Origin: Erysipelothrix inopinata
GTDB lineage: Bacteria > Bacillota_I > Bacilli_A > Erysipelotrichales > Erysipelotrichaceae
NCBI RefSeq assembly: GCF_014396165.1
Contig: NZ_CP060715.1
Location: 780,001-812,000 of the forward strand
DNA: 32,000 nt
Direction: 5' to 3'
Notes under the pieces: generated by a model
The model's input: only the letters and a program-made list of their open reading frames with translations
What the model was told of the DNA's origin: nothing
Database searches by the model: none
Program-made: the position numbers and the translations under genes
Part shown: piece after piece, positions 1-8,792 of the stretch
Layout of the letters: every line of letters starts with the position of its first letter
Position numbering within the stretch: position 1 is the first letter of the stretch

Positions 1-22
1 CATAAGCAATTAACTTTTTCAT
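1..22 (-). CDS. 5' end (7 codons, MKKLIAY...) of a gene running off the window; probably the membrane partner of the adjacent ABC ATPase
   Basis: ATG at 22-20 overlaps the TAA stop of the ATPase gene (TAATG coupling). GGAGG on the minus strand at 36-32, 9 nt upstream. Confidence 0.45.
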
Positions 23-879
23 TAGTTTGATCCTCCAATTGCATTAAGTGTTAGTATTTCAATATCGTTGTTACTTCGTCTGAAGTTGAGATTTTTTGCA
101 TTTAATTTTTTGATTATTTCCATTTCTTCATCTGAGTTGTTGCATGAGATGACGATTGAGTTATTTGGGGAACGAAGTTGCTTGTAAGAAGCAAAGTCGC
201 CCTCAGTCTCAGGAGTAATGTCGCATCTAATAATGGAATGACCACAATATTTAGCGAATAGTTCATCATGGGTCCCAAAATCAATGAGTTCCCCTTTATC
301 TAAAATGAGTAATTTATTCGTAAGTTGTGCGAGCTCTTCATAATAGTGAGTAACGAACATAATTGACGCATTTTTTCCATCATACCATTTAAGAATTTTT
401 TGAATGAGTGCTTGGCGGGTTTCAAAATCGAGACCTGTTGTCACTTCATCAAAGAAGGTTAAAGGAGCATCTTGCATTAAAATCATAATAAGTGTGAAGC
501 GTTGTTTTTGACCGCCGGATAGATTTTTATATTTCTTATCGAGATTAGGATTAAAATCGAAGAAATCAATTAACTCTTGCAGTTTTTTGTTGTCTTTTAT
601 ATTGGTATTGAGAATCGCCTCAAGGATGTAACGAGTGTTCATGGTCTCTACATAATCGTTCGACTGCATATGAACTGCCATATCATTAGGATCAATATCT
701 GTTTGAATCGATCCGTTATATGGAATCATTTTCAAACATGCTTTGATGAGTGTCGTTTTACCAGAACCGTTCGATCCGATAATTCCGATACGGTCTCCTT
801 TTGATACTTGGATAGGTTGAGTAATATTAAGAGCACGAAACTCTTTATAGTGAACCTCGAGTTTATTAATGGTTAACAT
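22..879 (-). CDS. ABC transporter ATP-binding protein
   Basis: 285-aa ORF with Walker A GSNGSGKTT, ABC signature LSGGQKQR and Walker B LTFFDE. The start lies 2 nt after the kinase stop. Confidence 0.9.
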   Translation of the reverse strand: MLTINKLEVHYKEFRALNITQPIQVSKGDRIGIIGSNGSGKTTLIKACLKMIPYNGSIQTDIDPNDMAVHMQSNDYVETMNTRYILEAILNTNIKDNKKLQELIDFFDFNPNLDKKYKNLSGGQKQRFTLIMILMQDAPLTFFDEVTTGLDFETRQALIQKILKWYDGKNASIMFVTHYYEELAQLTNKLLILDKGELIDFGTHDELFAKYCGHSIIRCDITPETEGDFASYKQLRSPNNSIVISCNNSDEEMEIIKKLNAKNLNFRRSNNDIEILTLNAIGGSN

Positions 880-881
880 AA

Positions 882-2444
882 TTAAATGTCCTTTCTAAAT
901 AGAAGTGTTGTTTTTACGCCATTACTGGTATTTTCAATTTTCCATTGCATACCTAGTAAGAGTACAAAGCTATCAACAATATAGAGTCCTAATCCAGAAC
1001 CTGACTCATCCGAATGAACATTTCTGACAAATGGTTCAGCAATATGTTCAAGGATGGATTGAGGAATAAAAGCAGGAGAATTTTCAACAGTCAATGAATT
1101 TTCGCCGAGGATAATTTCAATTGAACCGTTTAGGTCTGTATATTTATATGCGTTAGTAAGCATGTTTTCAATGATAGAGGTAAGGATGAAGACATCTGTA
1201 TATAATGAAACATCCTTGAGATTTGTTTGAACTGAAATACTTTTAATTTCTGTATGATTTTGTATTTGACCAACCATATTATTAATAAGCGGTCTAAGAT
1301 CTAGTGTCTCATGTTTGATTTCAGAATTTAAATCATCAAAGACAAGAAGCATAGATTCTAACATCACTGTAATATGGTTTAACTCTTGTTTTACTTTAGG
1401 GAGGTATTGATCGGTATTGACCAGATTGCCAATTTTCGCAATCATACCTTCAACCATTAAGCTTGCACTGGAAAGTGGTGTTTTAAGTTGATGTGATATG
1501 TTCATCATCAAGAGTTTTTGACGTTCTTTTTCTAACTCTAATTGTGCATTCTTATCAGTAAGGGAGTGAATTGATTTCATGATTTCTTGATGCATTTGAT
1601 TGAGAGCATCTTCTAAGATTTTAAATTCATCATCTTGATGGCTTTGTTTGAACACAATGTCTGTATCAGCATGTCGATTTGTTGCTTGAGAAGCCAGTGT
1701 TTCTATAGGTTTTGCAAGGAACTTACTAAAGTAATGTGCCGCAACTAATGTGAATAAAACTAGGAAAGCCAGAATCATTGGTGTACTAGCGAGAACAATA
1801 GGTGTGAGTTCATTTAGCTTTGGTGTCATAGCAGAAGCAAAGGTTAGATAAAATGAATCACTATCTTGATTGAAAGCCACATAGCTGGTGTAATCATTAT
1901 TCGCATCTTTAACCTGAGAGCTAATGATGGTTGATCCATCTTCACTTTGTTTCGTACGAATAATGGGGTGCGGATCCATATCAAAAGAGTTGGTAAATGC
2001 ACTATTAGTAAGCGTAAATAATCCATCCATATTCTGTGATTGGAAAATAGCTTCTATCTTACTAAAGTCTATGTCTTTAAAAGCACTTTCATTTTGATTA
2101 GTAATAGCATCATCAAGCGCAATTTTAAATGTATTCACAAATTCTACTAAGTCGGGATGATTTACTTCGATATCTGTTGAGATGAATGGTGTGCAAAGCT
2201 TAATTGAATCCCCTGATTTAGGAAGATTAATACTTGCTGCCATAAACGTATCCGTTTGTGTCGAAGCACAACCAATGTTCGCAACGTTGTTTGCCTGTAT
2301 ATCTGTGATACCTTTAAGTAGTCTTTCATTCTTAAAGTCTGCATATAACCCAGGCAACATTACAACGAAATAGCTGATAATTAATATCCCAGATAAGAAT
2401 GTCGTAAGAGCTGTGTAAAGGAAAACTTTCTTAGATATTTTCAT
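882..2444 (-). CDS. Sensor histidine kinase with two TM helices flanking a ~190-aa extracytoplasmic domain
   Basis: 520-aa ORF with H-box MNISHQLKTPLSS, N-box-like NMLTNAYKY and G-box GSGLGLYIV. Hydrophobic segments near residues 10-35 and 215-240. Overlaps the regulator stop by 14 nt. Confidence 0.9.
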   Translation of the reverse strand: MKISKKVFLYTALTTFLSGILIISYFVVMLPGLYADFKNERLLKGITDIQANNVANIGCASTQTDTFMAASINLPKSGDSIKLCTPFISTDIEVNHPDLVEFVNTFKIALDDAITNQNESAFKDIDFSKIEAIFQSQNMDGLFTLTNSAFTNSFDMDPHPIIRTKQSEDGSTIISSQVKDANNDYTSYVAFNQDSDSFYLTFASAMTPKLNELTPIVLASTPMILAFLVLFTLVAAHYFSKFLAKPIETLASQATNRHADTDIVFKQSHQDDEFKILEDALNQMHQEIMKSIHSLTDKNAQLELEKERQKLLMMNISHQLKTPLSSASLMVEGMIAKIGNLVNTDQYLPKVKQELNHITVMLESMLLVFDDLNSEIKHETLDLRPLINNMVGQIQNHTEIKSISVQTNLKDVSLYTDVFILTSIIENMLTNAYKYTDLNGSIEIILGENSLTVENSPAFIPQSILEHIAEPFVRNVHSDESGSGLGLYIVDSFVLLLGMQWKIENTSNGVKTTLLFRKDI

Positions 2445-3081
2445 ATTGATACCCTATTCCTATAATTGTTTTAATCAGTACCTTAGGTGACTTTTTCCGA
2501 ATGTTTTTGATATGTGCGTCGATAACACGATCATTCACACTAAGATTGTCTGGATCTAAAATATCTAAGAGCTCAGATCGAGAAAAAACTTTCTTGGGAG
2601 ATGAATACATTGCATTAAATATCAGAAACTCACTTACAGTAAAGTTTAATGATTGACCGTCGTAGTATACCTGGAAGCTTTCAGAAAGAACATTCAGGCC
2701 CTGTTGAGTAGTTCCAGTATTGCTTCGCCTTAGAATGGCTTCTACTCTTTTTAATAAGAGTGTTGGAGAGAAGGGTTTAATGATGTAATCATCTGCGAAA
2801 CGGTCAAATGCATCTATCTGACTTGACTCACTTCCTAATGCAGTTAGCATGATAGTTTTAGTGTTAGGAGATGTCTGGGTTACTTTCTCTAAAACTTCGA
2901 GTCCAGAGTGATATGGAACTATGATATCTAATATCGCAAGATCATAAGTATTCTTTTGAAGATGAGATAAGGCTTCAAGACCATCATTGGCAATATCAAT
3001 ATCGTAGTTCAAAGTTTTTAAGTACTCGTGAGTTACTTCTTGTATTGCCTTTTCATCCTCAAGATAAAGTATTTTAACCAT
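2431..3081 (-). CDS. OmpR/PhoB-family response regulator
   Basis: Receiver domain (MVKILYLEDE, LAILDIIVP, IMLTA) plus a winged-helix C-terminus (GIGYQY). I chose the ATG at 3081 because AGGAGG lies 6 nt upstream; the track ORF begins 18 nt earlier. Confidence 0.9.
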   Translation of the reverse strand: MVKILYLEDEKAIQEVTHEYLKTLNYDIDIANDGLEALSHLQKNTYDLAILDIIVPYHSGLEVLEKVTQTSPNTKTIMLTALGSESSQIDAFDRFADDYIIKPFSPTLLLKRVEAILRRSNTGTTQQGLNVLSESFQVYYDGQSLNFTVSEFLIFNAMYSSPKKVFSRSELLDILDPDNLSVNDRVIDAHIKNIRKKSPKVLIKTIIGIGYQYENI

Positions 3082-3268
3082 GTTGGACCTCCTAAGCACA
3101 GTATAGTTTACGGATGTGAAGACCGTATGAATTTTAAAAATAATTCAAACTACTGTGTCTGTCTCTATATTGATTTTATCGTAAAAATTAGTATTTTGGT
3201 TGATATACATAACAATGTTCTATAAATAAGGAAGAAATATAGTTCCTTACCAGTAATGATTACTCTAT

Positions 3269-3304
3269 TAAAAATACCCAACATTATAAATTAAAGTTGG
3301 GTAT
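3269..3304 (-). terminator. Rho-independent terminator (minus-strand sense)
   Basis: ATACCCAAC 3274-3282 pairs with GTTGGGTAT 3296-3304. The A-run at 3270-3274 gives a U-tract on the minus strand. Confidence 0.55.
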
Positions 3305-3362
3305 GACTATTAATGTTTAAAAATATTTTATCGTGTTAGAAATGAAATGATAATTAGGATTA

Positions 3363-3518
3363 CTAAAACAATAATGTAACGACAGATACGAGCAATATGA
3401 AGAACAAGAATGAATTCATTTTCTTCATGGCTGGATACCGTTCTTTGAGTTTTTGAAATGAAAAGGATAATTCGAAACATGATGAAATGAAACCTAAAAC
3501 TTCTGAGATAAAATCCAT
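3363..3518 (-). CDS. Hypothetical 51-aa protein with a hydrophobic C-terminus (below the ORF-track cutoff)
   Basis: Hand translation gives MDFISEVLGFISSCFELSFSFQKLKERYPAMKKMNSFLFFILLVSVVTLLF. It is followed about 60 nt later by the minus-sense terminator. The SD (GGAAG) is weak. Confidence 0.3.
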   Translation of the reverse strand: MDFISEVLGFISSCFELSFSFQKLKERYPAMKKMNSFLFFILLVSVVTLLF

Positions 3519-3729
3519 AATAGCACTTCCGAGTCGACTAACTATATATCACAGTATACTTATATTATACCATGTGATCAAACTGAGGTAAGGGCTAACT
3601 TATAAGACTTTTTCAAATATAATATAAGTATAAAAAGCGAGAAATAATTGATAGTGGTTGAAATTGAAAATATGAAACTCATAATTATAGGGACGAAAAT
3701 ACTTAAATTAGAAGAAAGGAGGATTCAAC

Positions 3730-3951
3730 ATGAGTAGATTCAAAGCCGCGATATTGGTTTTTCTTAGTTTGTTTCAATTTGCGTTTGTGAATTTCATTAT
3801 CGCGATATCACCTGGAGTAGGTGGATTAGTGGGAATGAATCTTATGGGGACACTGAATCAAAATAGAATTATCGTTCTCTATACATTTTCGTTTTTATTC
3901 GTAATTTACTCAATTATTCAACTGATTGTGAATTTTGGAAAAAAAGATTAA
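3730..3951 (+). CDS. Hypothetical small membrane protein (73 aa, 2 predicted TM helices)
   Basis: ORF with SD GAAAGGAGG 6-7 nt upstream of the ATG. The sequence is very hydrophobic. Confidence 0.55.
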   Translation: MSRFKAAILVFLSLFQFAFVNFIIAISPGVGGLVGMNLMGTLNQNRIIVLYTFSFLFVIYSIIQLIVNFGKKD

Positions 3952-4005
3952 TCTTATCTAAAAACGATTATCATCAACCAGTAACAAAAGGGAGGAGAAG
4001 TTAAA

Positions 4006-4143
4006 ATGATTAAAAAAATTATTCTTACCCTGATTGCGATAATATATTTTTTTAGTAATTATTATGATTGGGGATTTATAAAATATATAATTGGAATAGT
4101 TTTTCTTGTGATATTGTGGCTTCCTTTAGAAACAAAAAAGTGA
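4006..4143 (+). CDS. Hypothetical 45-aa membrane peptide (below the ORF-track cutoff)
   Basis: Hand translation gives MIKKIILTLIAIIYFFSNYYDWGFIKYIIGIVFLVILWLPLETKK. SD GGGAGGAG lies about 8 nt upstream. It sits directly after the 73-aa ORF. Confidence 0.5.
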   Translation: MIKKIILTLIAIIYFFSNYYDWGFIKYIIGIVFLVILWLPLETKK

Positions 4144-4248
4144 ATAAAGATTAATGTTGAAATATGTAGTAAACTTTGATTGCATAAATGGCCGATTGAT
4201 TTACATGTAATGATATAAGAGATTCAATCAAATAGAAATATTTAAATA

Positions 4249-4279
4249 AAATAACACCTTCTAATATGAGGTGTTATTT
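4249..4279. terminator. Hairpin terminator after the small-ORF pair
   Basis: AAATAACACCT 4249-4259 pairs with AGGTGTTATTT 4269-4279, with a 9-nt loop. Both flanks are A/T-rich. Confidence 0.5.
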
Positions 4280-4402
4280 ACTAGTGTTATTATCGATGAG
4301 AATTGGCATATAGTTCATTTAGGGATTACTAGAGTAGTGAGAAGGTTATTTTGATTGAAATTAAAAGTGGTGACTTTTTGGTTGCTTTATATTTATAAAC
4401 AC

Positions 4403-4427
4403 AAAAAAACCCTCTGTATAGAGGGTG
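4403..4427 (-). terminator. Rho-independent terminator of tRNA-His
   Basis: CCCTCT 4410-4415 pairs with AGAGGG 4420-4425. The A7 run at 4403-4409 gives a U-tract on the minus strand. It lies 12 nt beyond the tRNA 3' end. Confidence 0.75.
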
Positions 4428-4438
4428 TTATTTACATA

Positions 4439-4516
4439 TGGGGCGATCGACGGGACTCGAACCCGCGCATGTCGGAGCCACAACCCGATGTGTTAACCTA
4501 CTTCACCACGACCGCC
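4439..4516 (-). tRNA. tRNA-His (GUG)
   Basis: Reverse complement reads GGCGGTCGTGG...GGGTTGTGGCTCC...GGTTCGAGTCCCGTCGATCGCCCCA. It folds by hand into a cloverleaf with an extra 5' G(-1), anticodon loop TTGTGGC and encoded CCA. Confidence 0.9.
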
Positions 4517-4528
4517 ATTTGCTTTGAC

Positions 4529-4557
4529 ATTATAGCTCATATAATTTGGTTTGTAAA
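4529..4557 (-). promoter_or_regulatory. Sigma-A-type promoter of tRNA-His
   Basis: The minus strand reads TTTACA (4557-4552), 17 nt, TATAAT (4534-4529), ending about 13 nt before the tRNA 5' end. Confidence 0.6.
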
Positions 4558-4618
4558 TAGTGTATATTAAAAATGATAAAATATGGTATAGTTACTATAC
4601 AAATGGAGGACACTATTG

Positions 4619-5461
4619 ATGAAAATAGCTGTAATTACAGACTCTTCAGCGGGAATTTCAAAAGAAGAAGCTTTAGAAAATGGAATTCTTGTAGCGAGAA
4701 TGCCCCTGACCATAAATGGAAAAGAATATATGGAAGAAGAGGGCATCTCAAGAGAGCACCTCATTCGTTCAATGCGAGAAGGTGCTACTGTCGGAACGGC
4801 ACAGCCACCGATGGGCCAATTAATTCAACTCTTTGAGAAAACACTTGAAACATATGATCATATTATATTTCTACCAATATCGAGTAAACTAAGTGGAACG
4901 TATCTTACGGCTTGTGGAATAGCACGTGATTACGAAAATCGTATTACTGTTATTGATTCCCAATTTGTTAGTGCTCCACTTTATCTCTTAAGTTTGGAAG
5001 TGAAGAAAATGGCAGAACATGGACTCGAACCTGATGCTATTAAGGAGATAGTAGAGCGTGATTCATTCATGTATGCTCCTCTAATTCCAGAAGACATTCA
5101 ATATTTAAAAAGAGGTGGCCGTATTAAACCGGCTGCTGCAGCAATTGCGAACCTTTTGAAGATTGTTCCTGTACTTAAGGTAGCAGATGGAGAAATCGAT
5201 TTAGCGGAGAAAGTTCGTACTTTTAAGAAGGCAGTTAAAGTTGGTGTAGATCTCGCAATATCGGATCGCAATCCTGAAGATTATACGTGGATTGTTCTGT
5301 CAGGTGATTGTGATGAAAAAATCTACTCCCATGTCATTAAAGAAGTTGAGAAACGTACTGGAGAAACGGTTGTCCAAAGAAATTTATATCCGATTGTATT
5401 GGCGCATACGGGTCCAGGTAGTATTTCAATTTGTGCATTCAAAAAAATCAAATATGAATAG
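4619..5461 (+). CDS. DegV-family fatty-acid-binding protein (FakB-like)
   Basis: Length of about 280 aa and the N-terminus MKIAVITDSSAGIS typical of DegV proteins. GGAGGA lies 8 nt upstream of the ATG at 4619; the track starts at a TTG one codon earlier. Confidence 0.8.
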   Translation: MKIAVITDSSAGISKEEALENGILVARMPLTINGKEYMEEEGISREHLIRSMREGATVGTAQPPMGQLIQLFEKTLETYDHIIFLPISSKLSGTYLTACGIARDYENRITVIDSQFVSAPLYLLSLEVKKMAEHGLEPDAIKEIVERDSFMYAPLIPEDIQYLKRGGRIKPAAAAIANLLKIVPVLKVADGEIDLAEKVRTFKKAVKVGVDLAISDRNPEDYTWIVLSGDCDEKIYSHVIKEVEKRTGETVVQRNLYPIVLAHTGPGSISICAFKKIKYE

Positions 5462-5484
5462 AAAAAAATGTTTAAACGTGTTAT

Positions 5485-5504
5485 TGTATTAGTGTAGTAT
5501 TACA
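5485..5504. promoter_or_regulatory. Candidate operator of the GntR regulator (imperfect palindrome)
   Basis: TGTATTAGTGTAGTATTACA has arms TGTAtTA / TAtTACA. It lies between a weak -35/-10 and the SD of the GntR gene. Confidence 0.3.
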
Positions 5505-5517
5505 AAGGAGGTTTCCA

Positions 5518-5889
5518 ATGTCAATAAAAACCGGTTCGGTAGCTATTTATCGACAAATAATTGAATATTTTGAATATGAGATAGCCTCGGGACGATTAAA
5601 AGAAGGAGAACGTGTCGAATCTATTCGCACACTTGCTTCTAATTTTAAAGTTAACCCCAACACTGTACAAAAAGCATTAACTGAGTTAGAACGAGATGGT
5701 TTAATTGTTACGGATCGTACCAATGGTAAATTTGTGACAGATGATAAGAAGATTATTCATGATTTAAAACTTAAACTCGGAGAAACAATTTGCGTTGATT
5801 TTATTGAGGGTGTTGTAAGCTTAGGTCTTTCGAAAGATGAAGTGATTGAGAAAGTCTCACGTTTATGGGAGGAGAAAAATCATGGATAG
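5518..5889 (+). CDS. GntR-family transcriptional regulator, short YtrA-like type
   Basis: 123 aa with an N-terminal winged HTH (ESIRTLASNFKVNPNTVQKALTELERDGLI) and only a short C-terminal domain. SD AAAGGAGG. Followed by overlapping ABC genes. Confidence 0.85.
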   Translation: MSIKTGSVAIYRQIIEYFEYEIASGRLKEGERVESIRTLASNFKVNPNTVQKALTELERDGLIVTDRTNGKFVTDDKKIIHDLKLKLGETICVDFIEGVVSLGLSKDEVIEKVSRLWEEKNHG

Positions 5890-6583
5890 AAACTATATTG
5901 AACTTAAAAGTCTGTATAAAAGATATGGTTCGTTTCCTGTAATTTCTGGTGTTGATTTGAAATTGCAAGGTGGACGCATCGTCGGGTTATGTGGGCCAAA
6001 TGGTGCAGGTAAAACGACTTTAATTAAAATGATAATGGGGTTACTAAGAGATTACCAGGGAAGCATTCGTGTACTGGGTAACGATATTGGTGATAAATCG
6101 AAGTTGAGTATTTCTTACTTACCAGATGTTGAATATTTAGCACCAACAATGACAGGGCTAAAAGCAGCAAGTCTGTATTCAGATATTTATCCGGACTTTG
6201 ATGTTCATACACTTGAAGATTTATTTATGAGAATGAATCTTGATGCAACAATGCCCGTTGCGAAAATGTCCAAAGGTATGAGAGAAAAATTTCAATTAGC
6301 TTTATGTCTATCTCGAAAAGCTGATATCTATATTTTTGATGAACCGATAGCGGGAGTTGACCCAGCATCGCGTGACTCGATTATTGATACGATAATTAAT
6401 AACTACACAAAGGATTCATTGTTAATTATTTCGACACATCTAATTGCTGATATCGAGTCAGTACTTGATGAAGTTGTATTCATTAAAGATGGACGTATTT
6501 TACTTCATGAAAATTGCGATGACTTACGTGAAGCACGTGGAGCATCGATTAATGAAATCTTCAAGGAGGAGTTCAAATGGTAA
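5882..6583 (+). CDS. ABC transporter ATP-binding protein
   Basis: Walker A GPNGAGKTT, signature MSKGMREK and Walker B IYIFDEP. I chose the ATG at 5882 (GGGAGGAG upstream, ATGGATAG overlap with the GntR stop) rather than the track start at 5846. Confidence 0.85.
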   Translation: MDRNYIELKSLYKRYGSFPVISGVDLKLQGGRIVGLCGPNGAGKTTLIKMIMGLLRDYQGSIRVLGNDIGDKSKLSISYLPDVEYLAPTMTGLKAASLYSDIYPDFDVHTLEDLFMRMNLDATMPVAKMSKGMREKFQLALCLSRKADIYIFDEPIAGVDPASRDSIIDTIINNYTKDSLLIISTHLIADIESVLDEVVFIKDGRILLHENCDDLREARGASINEIFKEEFKW

Positions 6584-7395
6584 TCAAACTTACAAAACAA
6601 GAAATTATTGAGACAACGAAAGCATTTATTCCTGTCGCAATTATGACAGTTGTTGGTGGATTAATCACACTTCTTATTGGGACACGTCTTCGATATATGT
6701 TTGATGCAGGAAGTTCAGGATATAATGCAGGAATTTGGGAATTAATTTTTCCACTAGGATTTTTGGCAATCTTTGTTCTTTTAATCGCTTCCGGAGTTTT
6801 GATGTTTATGATGGTTATTCGAATTTTATACCAAAGTATTTATAAACAGAATTCGTACCGATTCTTTACATATCCTGTTACATCAAGACAATTATTCTTT
6901 TCTAAGATACTTACAACCCTATTCTGGTCTGTTGTAAGCTATGCAATGATTTTGGGAGTATTCCTTATCGCAATTACACTCTCTGTTGGTGACTTATCTC
7001 TAATTTCTGGTTTCTTCGGATCAATGGGAGAAGCATTTGCCTACCTACTTGGAGGGAAAAATGTCCTCGGTCATGTTCTCGTAGCACTTCAAGGACTTAT
7101 TACTAACTTACGTTACATTGTATTTATTCTCTTTGCAGGAAGCATCGCAAACTCGTCATATATTCGTAAGAATCGTGCGTTTATGACATTCCTTATTTAT
7201 ATGGGCCTTGTGATTGTGACTTCGATTCTCTATGGTATCGTTGGTGTTGAAGGAATTACATTCACATCAACAGGAGATCTTTCAATCTCCAATGTGAGCC
7301 TCTCAATCCAATTATTAAGTGACTTAATCATGATAGTGATTGCATCATTTGGTACAATTTGGTTCTGGGATCACAAACTTGAAGTCTTAAACTAA
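6577..7395 (+). CDS. Multi-pass membrane protein, probable permease of the GntR-ABC module
   Basis: 272-aa ORF with about 6 hydrophobic segments. SD AAGGAGGAG. Its start overlaps the ATPase stop by 7 nt. Confidence 0.7.
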   Translation: MVIKLTKQEIIETTKAFIPVAIMTVVGGLITLLIGTRLRYMFDAGSSGYNAGIWELIFPLGFLAIFVLLIASGVLMFMMVIRILYQSIYKQNSYRFFTYPVTSRQLFFSKILTTLFWSVVSYAMILGVFLIAITLSVGDLSLISGFFGSMGEAFAYLLGGKNVLGHVLVALQGLITNLRYIVFILFAGSIANSSYIRKNRAFMTFLIYMGLVIVTSILYGIVGVEGITFTSTGDLSISNVSLSIQLLSDLIMIVIASFGTIWFWDHKLEVLN

Positions 7396-7445
7396 AAAAA
7401 CTGTAGTGCTGAAGATTATTGGTCTTCTAACACTACAGTTTTTAT
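7394..7445. terminator. Bidirectional terminator between convergent genes
   Basis: CTGTAGTG 7401-7408 pairs with CACTACAG 7431-7438, with an inner GAAGA/TCTTC helix. An A-run lies upstream and a T-run downstream. Confidence 0.75.
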
Positions 7446-7449
7446 TTGT

Positions 7450-7986
7450 TTATAAAGAAGTAGTTCTGTATACTTTATGTTCTAGTGTATATGTGGTCAA
7501 TGTTCCATTTGAATAATAACCATATGTACATGGGTGGTTTTCTTTAGGAAGTGCAATAGACCCAGGGTTATAGATTGTCGTATTATCAATTTTCACTTCA
7601 ATGGGAACATGCGTATGTCCGGTTATAAAGGCATCGGCGCCGGTCTTTGGTCCATCAGTTAGTGGATCCATGAGATGGCCATGTGAAATGTAAAGTATTT
7701 TTCCATTAGCATCAACGATAGAATAATCTTGAAGCATTGGGAAATCAAGTAACATTTGATCGACTTCAGCGTCGCAGTTACCGCGAACAGCAACAATGGG
7801 TATTTGAATGTTATTCAGTATCTTTGCAACTTCAGCAGGATTGTAGTCCTCCAATATTGGATTACGGGGACCGTGATACATGAGATCACCTACAAGAATA
7901 ACCATATCAAAAGGATAGGGCGTTTCTAAGACACTATTGAGTTGTCGATGGCTCCCATGAATATCTGATATAATAAGAATGTTCAT
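7450..7986 (-). CDS. Metallophosphoesterase, YfcE / MJ0936-like phosphodiesterase
   Basis: Motifs DIHG, GDLMYHGPRN, GNCD, SHGH and GHTH appear in the canonical order. I chose the ATG at 7986 (MNILIISD, AGGAGG upstream); the longer track ORF lacks an SD. Confidence 0.85.
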   Translation of the reverse strand: MNILIISDIHGSHRQLNSVLETPYPFDMVILVGDLMYHGPRNPILEDYNPAEVAKILNNIQIPIVAVRGNCDAEVDQMLLDFPMLQDYSIVDANGKILYISHGHLMDPLTDGPKTGADAFITGHTHVPIEVKIDNTTIYNPGSIALPKENHPCTYGYYSNGTLTTYTLEHKVYRTTSL

Positions 7987-8111
7987 GAAAAATTCCTCCT
8001 CTATCTCTATTATAATAAAAATGTGAGAATAGGGGAAATTAAAGATGTAACTTGACATAAAAGGTTGAGAACTTTATGTTTAAGTAGGCTAGTTAAAGGT
8101 GGTACTAATAA

Positions 8112-8792
8112 ATGAAAGATAAACATAAACAAAGTCGAGCGCTTATGGGGTTTATTCTTGTTCTGTCATTAATTACAGTTTCAGTAGGTAGTTACTATAT
8201 TGTGAAAGCAAATAATAACCGTTCTGGAATTGAAAAAATTGGACACGTTCAAGATAAAAATAACTTTTATACACTCCGTAACAATGCGACAGAATATCAA
8301 AAAGAACTTTATGCACAATTAACTGAGGAACTATCGAAACCCATCAAGGACGATGAAAAAATCTCGGAATTAGTTGCGAAAAGTTTTGTAGCAGATTACT
8401 TCACATGGTCTAACAAGCTTAGAAATAATGATGTGGGTGGTATTCAATACATAATGAAAGATTACCAAAAATCTGTATATGACTATGCGACAGACACAAT
8501 GTACAATGATGCATACTATTACATTCAAAAAGGCAAAGTTTCTGAAACGCTTGAAGTAACAAAGATTAATAGTACAACGTCAAAAGATACATTTGAGTTG
8601 ATATCTAAAGATAAGAAGGAACCTAACGAAAAAATCGAAGGGTACCGTGTGACCCTAGACTGGGAATACAAGCCTTCTACAGTTGTTGAGACAAGTAAAT
8701 ATCAAAATAAAGCATCTATCATGGTTGTGAAAGACACTGACGGAATGTTTTCAATAATGGAGGTAACCAATGGCAAAGAAGGACAACAATAA
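8112..8792 (+). CDS. Hypothetical membrane-anchored extracytoplasmic protein
   Basis: 226-aa ORF with one N-terminal TM helix (ALMGFILVLSLITVSVGSYYIV). Overlaps the downstream LCP gene by 23 nt. Confidence 0.6.
   Translation: MKDKHKQSRALMGFILVLSLITVSVGSYYIVKANNNRSGIEKIGHVQDKNNFYTLRNNATEYQKELYAQLTEELSKPIKDDEKISELVAKSFVADYFTWSNKLRNNDVGGIQYIMKDYQKSVYDYATDTMYNDAYYYIQKGKVSETLEVTKINSTTSKDTFELISKDKKEPNEKIEGYRVTLDWEYKPSTVVETSKYQNKASIMVVKDTDGMFSIMEVTNGKEGQQ

Noticed and set aside
577-804. 75-aa plus-strand ORF inside the ABC ATPase gene
   Set aside because: It is antisense to a well-supported gene with clear Walker motifs. It has no SD and a low-complexity translation.
1844-2373. Three 60-63-aa ORFs (1844-2026 and 2162-2344 on the minus strand, 2182-2373 on the plus strand) within the histidine kinase gene
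   Set aside because: They are alternative-frame or antisense ORFs inside a 520-aa gene with kinase motifs. They have no SDs.
3028-3225. 65-aa plus-strand ORF overlapping the response-regulator start
   Set aside because: It overlaps the regulator's N-terminus in antisense and runs into promoter DNA. It has no SD.
4355-4836. ORFs 4355-4570 (+), 4567-4764 (-) and 4573-4836 (+)
   Set aside because: The first is read across the tRNA-His gene and its terminator. The other two overlap degV out of frame or in antisense.
5846-5881. Longer N-terminus (MRKSHVYGRRKI) for the second ABC ATPase
   Set aside because: The ATG at 5882 has a GGGAGGAG SD and gives a normal ABC N-terminus. The extension lies inside the GntR gene.
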